Part shown: piece by piece, positions 60,197 through 64,000 of the stretch
How the letters are laid out: each line of letters begins with the position of its first letter
How positions within the stretch are numbered: position 1 is the stretch's first letter
NCBI RefSeq assembly: GCF_032191835.1
Contig: NC_083225.1
Span: forward strand, 70,804,001 to 70,868,000
Source: Heteronotia binoei
Taxonomy: Eukaryota
Direction of reading: 5' to 3'
Length of the DNA stretch: 64,000 bases
The notes under the pieces: generated by a model
Database searches by the model: none
What the model was told of the DNA's origin: nothing
What the model saw: the letters and a program-made list of their open reading frames with translations, nothing else
Program-made: the position numbers and the translations under genes

Positions 60197-61648
60197 TCCC
60201 AACCCAATATTTCTGGAGGAAAGAAAGCCAACTGTCTACTAATTACTTGCCTTTCTTCCTGGACTGGGGGAGAGGAGGGCTTTCTTTCCCCTCTACTTCC
60301 AAGCAGTTTTGCTGAAGAGGAAAGTAAACTGACTGTCAGGGGGGAGAGAACTGCTTTACTGTCTTCCCACGCCAGCCAGGCTCCTTTTGTCCCCAGGCAG
60401 CTGTATAGCACAGGCACAAGAGGCAGCACATTTCTGTGAGAATGCCTTTTTTACAGGTGCTGGCCATTTTTCCTTCCCACCTGCAGCAGGTACTCTAGGC
60501 AGCAGGCTTGTGGACAGGAAAAAGGGGTTTACTCTTCCAACCTTAGCCCTCTCCTCCCCACCATAGGATTCAGCATAAAGGGCAGAGCAGCATAAATTCC
60601 ACAGAGATTATCATTGCGCTGTGGCTGACACACCAGCTGCTGAAATAATTTTTTCCCTCAATGGGAAAATGCTCCCACTTCTTGAAAATTCTCAGCAGGC
60701 ACCTGAAAAAGAGTATGTGTGCACCTTAGCACTCATTGGCTATGTGGTTTTGATTGCTTATTGAACTTTGAACAGAAATGTGTAAATCTGAGAATTTAGG
60801 AAGACCCTTCAAGTTCCCTGAAGAACTGATTCCAGCAGCTTATCGAAGGAGTTCAATGGGTTTTATTTACATATATACAACTTGGGTCTATAGAAGGGTT
60901 GCCTGCATGAGGCTGGCAACTGGTGGGAGACTGACCTGTGAGGGAAGGCCTCACCAGTGACATAATGACATTGCTGCCACTGAAATAATGTCAATTTCTG
61001 CACAACCAGAAATGATGTCACCATGTTGCCGGCAACACTCTAGCATTTGGCCAAAACTCAATGGTTTAACAGGGATGAAGCCATGAGTCAAAATTGGTAA
61101 GGTTTAATCATGATTGCTGAGAACTTAAACTTAATTATGATCTCACTGGCTGAACATACCTTGACTTACTTGCTTGTATGTGAGGTGAGCTCCTCACTGG
61201 ATTGTCTCAGGCTTCTTAGGTATGTTTAACTTACTTCTGTTTGCAGTTTGCACCTGCACTTGACAAAGTCAGTCTTTGAGATCACTGGAAAATATGGCAC
61301 ATAGACCTGAAGGTCATAGCCAGGTCATTTACAATTACCTATTTTTTCAGTAAGTTTTGTTAAAGATTTTTGTTTAATTGAGGTTTTACAGAAGGGGAAG
61401 GAGAGGAATAGCTACAACTCCCATGAGGCCAAGTGAGAATGTAAATATGCAAAATGATCCAGACCCAGAGAGTTCATAACAATTAATGGACAGTAAAGTT
61501 TTCCTGTCATAATAAGGCTCCCAAAGACACCAAAAAAGTCTCATCACAAAATGTCGAACTCTCCTTCCCTTAACAATGTGCCTTTGTTAGAGGCAGTGAC
61601 AATGCTAAGGGGGGGGGGGGAGCAGCTGTGAGAAAGCAGCATGGAACC

Positions 61649-62133
61649 TAGGATTGCCAATCCACAGGTGGGGGCAGGGGATCCCCTGGTTTGGAGGCCC
61701 TCCCCCCACTTCAGGGTCATCAGAAAGCAGTGGGGGGAAGGAAATGTCTGCTGGGCACTCCATTATTCCCTATGGAGACTGATTCCCATAGGGTATAATG
61801 GAGTATTGGGTATCTGGGGAGGCTGTGTTTTGAGGTAGAGGTGCCTAATTTTCAGCATAGCATCCAGTGCCTCTCTCCAAAATAACCTCCAAGTTTCAAA
61901 AAGATTGGAGTAGAGGGTCCAATTCTATGAGCTCCAAAAGAAGGTGCCCCTATCCTTCATTATTTCCAATGGGGGGAAGCATTTAAAAGGTGTATGGCCC
62001 ATTTAAATGTAATGACCAGAATGCCCTTTGGAGTTCAATTATGCTTGTCACACCATGTTTCTGGCTCCACCCCCAATGTCTCCTGGCTCCACCCCCAAAG
62101 TCCCCAGATATTTCTTGAATTGGACTTGGCAAC
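61649..62133. mobile_element. hAT MITE with its right TIR truncated by the L2 insertion
   Basis: Starts TAGGATTGCCA; body homologous to 59532-60196; ends tggcaac, lacking ccta. Confidence 0.88.
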
Positions 62134-64000
62134 TGTAATGTTATGTAATGCCAGGTCCATTAATAACAAGACTGCTGTCCTCCGGGATTTCTTATTGGAA
62201 CAGGAGGCGGACCTGGCTTGCGTGACCGAGACCTGGGTGCGCGATGGGGAGACCGTAGCCCTCTCCCAAATGGCGCCCCCGGGATACTCGGTCTTTCACC
62301 AGTCCCGGACCAGTGGGCGGGGGGGAGGAGTGGCACTTCTCATACGAGAGGCTTACTCCTGTAGGGCTCTCCCGGACCCGGAGATCAGGGGTGTTGAGTG
62401 TGTCGGCCTGAGGTGGGACGTTGGGGAGGGGTTGGCGATCTGGCTGGTGTACCGTCCGCCTAACGCACCGGCCGGCGCCTTATCATCCCTGATGGAGGCC
62501 GTGGCGGGCTGGGCATTGGAGCACCCAAGGCTATTGGTCTTGGGTGACTTCAATGTTCATGCCGATGACGCGGCCTCCACTCGGGCGATGGACCTGGTGT
62601 CATCCATGGCGACACTGGGACTCTCCCAAGTTGTTACAACGCCCACTCATCGGGCGGGGCACATGTTAGACCTGGTCTTCGCGGCGGGAGTTTTAGTGGA
62701 CGATATGACTGCTACAGCAGTGCCATGGTCGGACCACTATGCCCTTAAGGCTCGTGTGGGTGTGCCACCCCAAACCTGTTTAGGCGGAGAGCGTATTTTA
62801 GCTCGCCCGCGGAGCCTGATGGACCCGGAACGGTTCCTGACGGCTCTACGGGACCCTGAGCTCCCTGGCGATTCCTTGGATGGTCTGGTGGAGTCTTGGA
62901 ACGATAGACTCTCCAGAGCTATCGAAGAAATCGCACCTAGGCGTCCTCTGCGCCCCCGTTTGAAGTCGACTCCCTGGTATAACCAGGGTTTGCGGCGACT
63001 AAAACGGGAACTCAGACGATTAGAGAGGCAATGGCGGTGTACTCGAGACGAAGCGACTCGAACATCTTATAGAGAGATTTTGAAGTCCTATGAGGTGGCA
63101 ATCAAAACTGCAAAGAGAACATACTTTGCAGCTGAGATTGCGTCCGCAACGTCGCGCCCGGCACAATTATTTAGCATAATTCGGAATCTAACAACACTGC
63201 CTCAGGGCAGACTAAACTGTAAGGAATTGGAGATTGGCTGTGAGGCTTTTGCGAACTTTTTTGCGGACAAGATCGCGTCGCTCCGCCTTGACCTCCCTGC
63301 CACATTGGAGGCAGTTAGTGAAACCGAGGCTCCGGGCCTGTCTTCGGATTATGTTCTGGATGGTTTCAGCCCTCTCAGTTTGGAGGAAGTTGACAGGATC
63401 CTCTTATCTGCACGCCCAACAACTTGTAAATTGGACCCGTGCCCCTCCTGGCTCATTAAATCTTGCCAGAGGGAGCTTAGATATCCTGTACGGGATATCA
63501 TAAATAGATCCCTCGCGGAAGGGCAATTTCCAACACAGCTTAAAGAAGCGGTGGTCCGCCCCCTCTTAAAAAAAACATCTCTAGATCCGGCCCAATTGGC
63601 TCACTATCGGCCGGTTTCGAATTTGCCCTATTTGGGCAAACTTATTGAGAGGGCAGTGGCGATGCAGTTACAGACCTTCCTGGATGACGCTTCCGTCCTT
63701 GACCCTCTTCAGTCCGGCTTTCGCCCGGGCCATGGGACGGAGACGGTGCTGGTCGCCTTAGTAGATGACCTGCAACGGCATCTGGATCGGGGCGGCTCGG
63801 CAGTACTGATGTTGTTGGACCTATCGGCAGCGTTCGATACGGTCGACCATCAGCTACTTGCCCGCCGCCTCGCCGACGCGGGGATTCAGGGGTTGGCCTT
63901 GCAATGGCTTTCCTCTTTCCTTGAAGGTCGGGGACAGAGGGTCGCGATTGGGGATGAGCTGTCCCGGAGGCACTCGCTTGATTGCGGGGTGCCTCAGGGT
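62134..64000 (+). mobile_element. 5'-truncated L2 LINE running off the window end
   Basis: Colinear with 37497-39360. Confidence 0.92.
62138..64000 (+). CDS. L2 APE-RT ORF, uninterrupted for 621 codons (incomplete at the 3' end)
   Basis: Manual translation MLCNARSINNKTAVLRDFLLEQEADLACVTETW...LGDFNVH...SDH...QSGFRPGHGTET...LLDLSAAFDTVDH...CGVPQG showed no stop; absent from the ORF track, presumably because it has no stop in the window. Confidence 0.85.
   Translation, partial: MLCNARSINNKTAVLRDFLLEQEADLACVTETWVRDGETVALSQMAPPGYSVFHQSRTSGRGGGVALLIREAYSCRALPDPEIRGVECVGLRWDVGEGLAIWLVYRPPNAPAGALSSLMEAVAGWALEHPRLLVLGDFNVHADDAASTRAMDLVSSMATLGLSQVVTTPTHRAGHMLDLVFAAGVLVDDMTATAVPWSDHYALKARVGVPPQTCLGGERILARPRSLMDPERFLTALRDPELPGDSLDGLVESWNDRLSRAIEEIAPRRPLRPRLKSTPWYNQGLRRLKRELRRLERQWRCTRDEATRTSYREILKSYEVAIKTAKRTYFAAEIASATSRPAQLFSIIRNLTTLPQGRLNCKELEIGCEAFANFFADKIASLRLDLPATLEAVSETEAPGLSSDYVLDGFSPLSLEEVDRILLSARPTTCKLDPCPSWLIKSCQRELRYPVRDIINRSLAEGQFPTQLKEAVVRPLLKKTSLDPAQLAHYRPVSNLPYLGKLIERAVAMQLQTFLDDASVLDPLQSGFRPGHGTETVLVALVDDLQRHLDRGGSAVLMLLDLSAAFDTVDHQLLARRLADAGIQGLALQWLSSFLEGRGQRVAIGDELSRRHSLDCGVPQG

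Overview
A 64-kb repeat-rich eukaryotic window, intronic or intergenic, from a squamate reptile. A gecko is likely, inferred from the SINE families (Squam2-like, Squam3-like, 5S-Sauria-like) and the L2, CR1 and Penelope content. I cannot name any host protein-coding gene; only a few isolated candidate exons with strong splice signals are visible. The main elements are: (1) a near-full-length L2-clade LINE (~37050-40500, APE + RT, one frameshift and one stop); (2) a second L2 whose ORF is open for 621 codons up to the window end (62138-64000); (3) a Gypsy LTR retrotransposon (41849-46844, 5-bp TSD GCCCC) with SCAN-like gag and protease directly followed by integrase, consistent with the Gmr1-type domain order, carrying two nested MITEs and a scrambled 3' LTR; (4) many hAT MITEs with 8-bp TSDs; (5) L1, CR1, Penelope and old L2 fragments, solo LTRs, SINEs, a minisatellite, long inverted repeats and a 214-N gap. 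There are no CRISPR arrays, prokaryotic operons, or true rRNA/tRNA genes. Element termini with TSDs are base-exact; other boundaries are approximate. Family names come from recalled consensus motifs, not from database searches.
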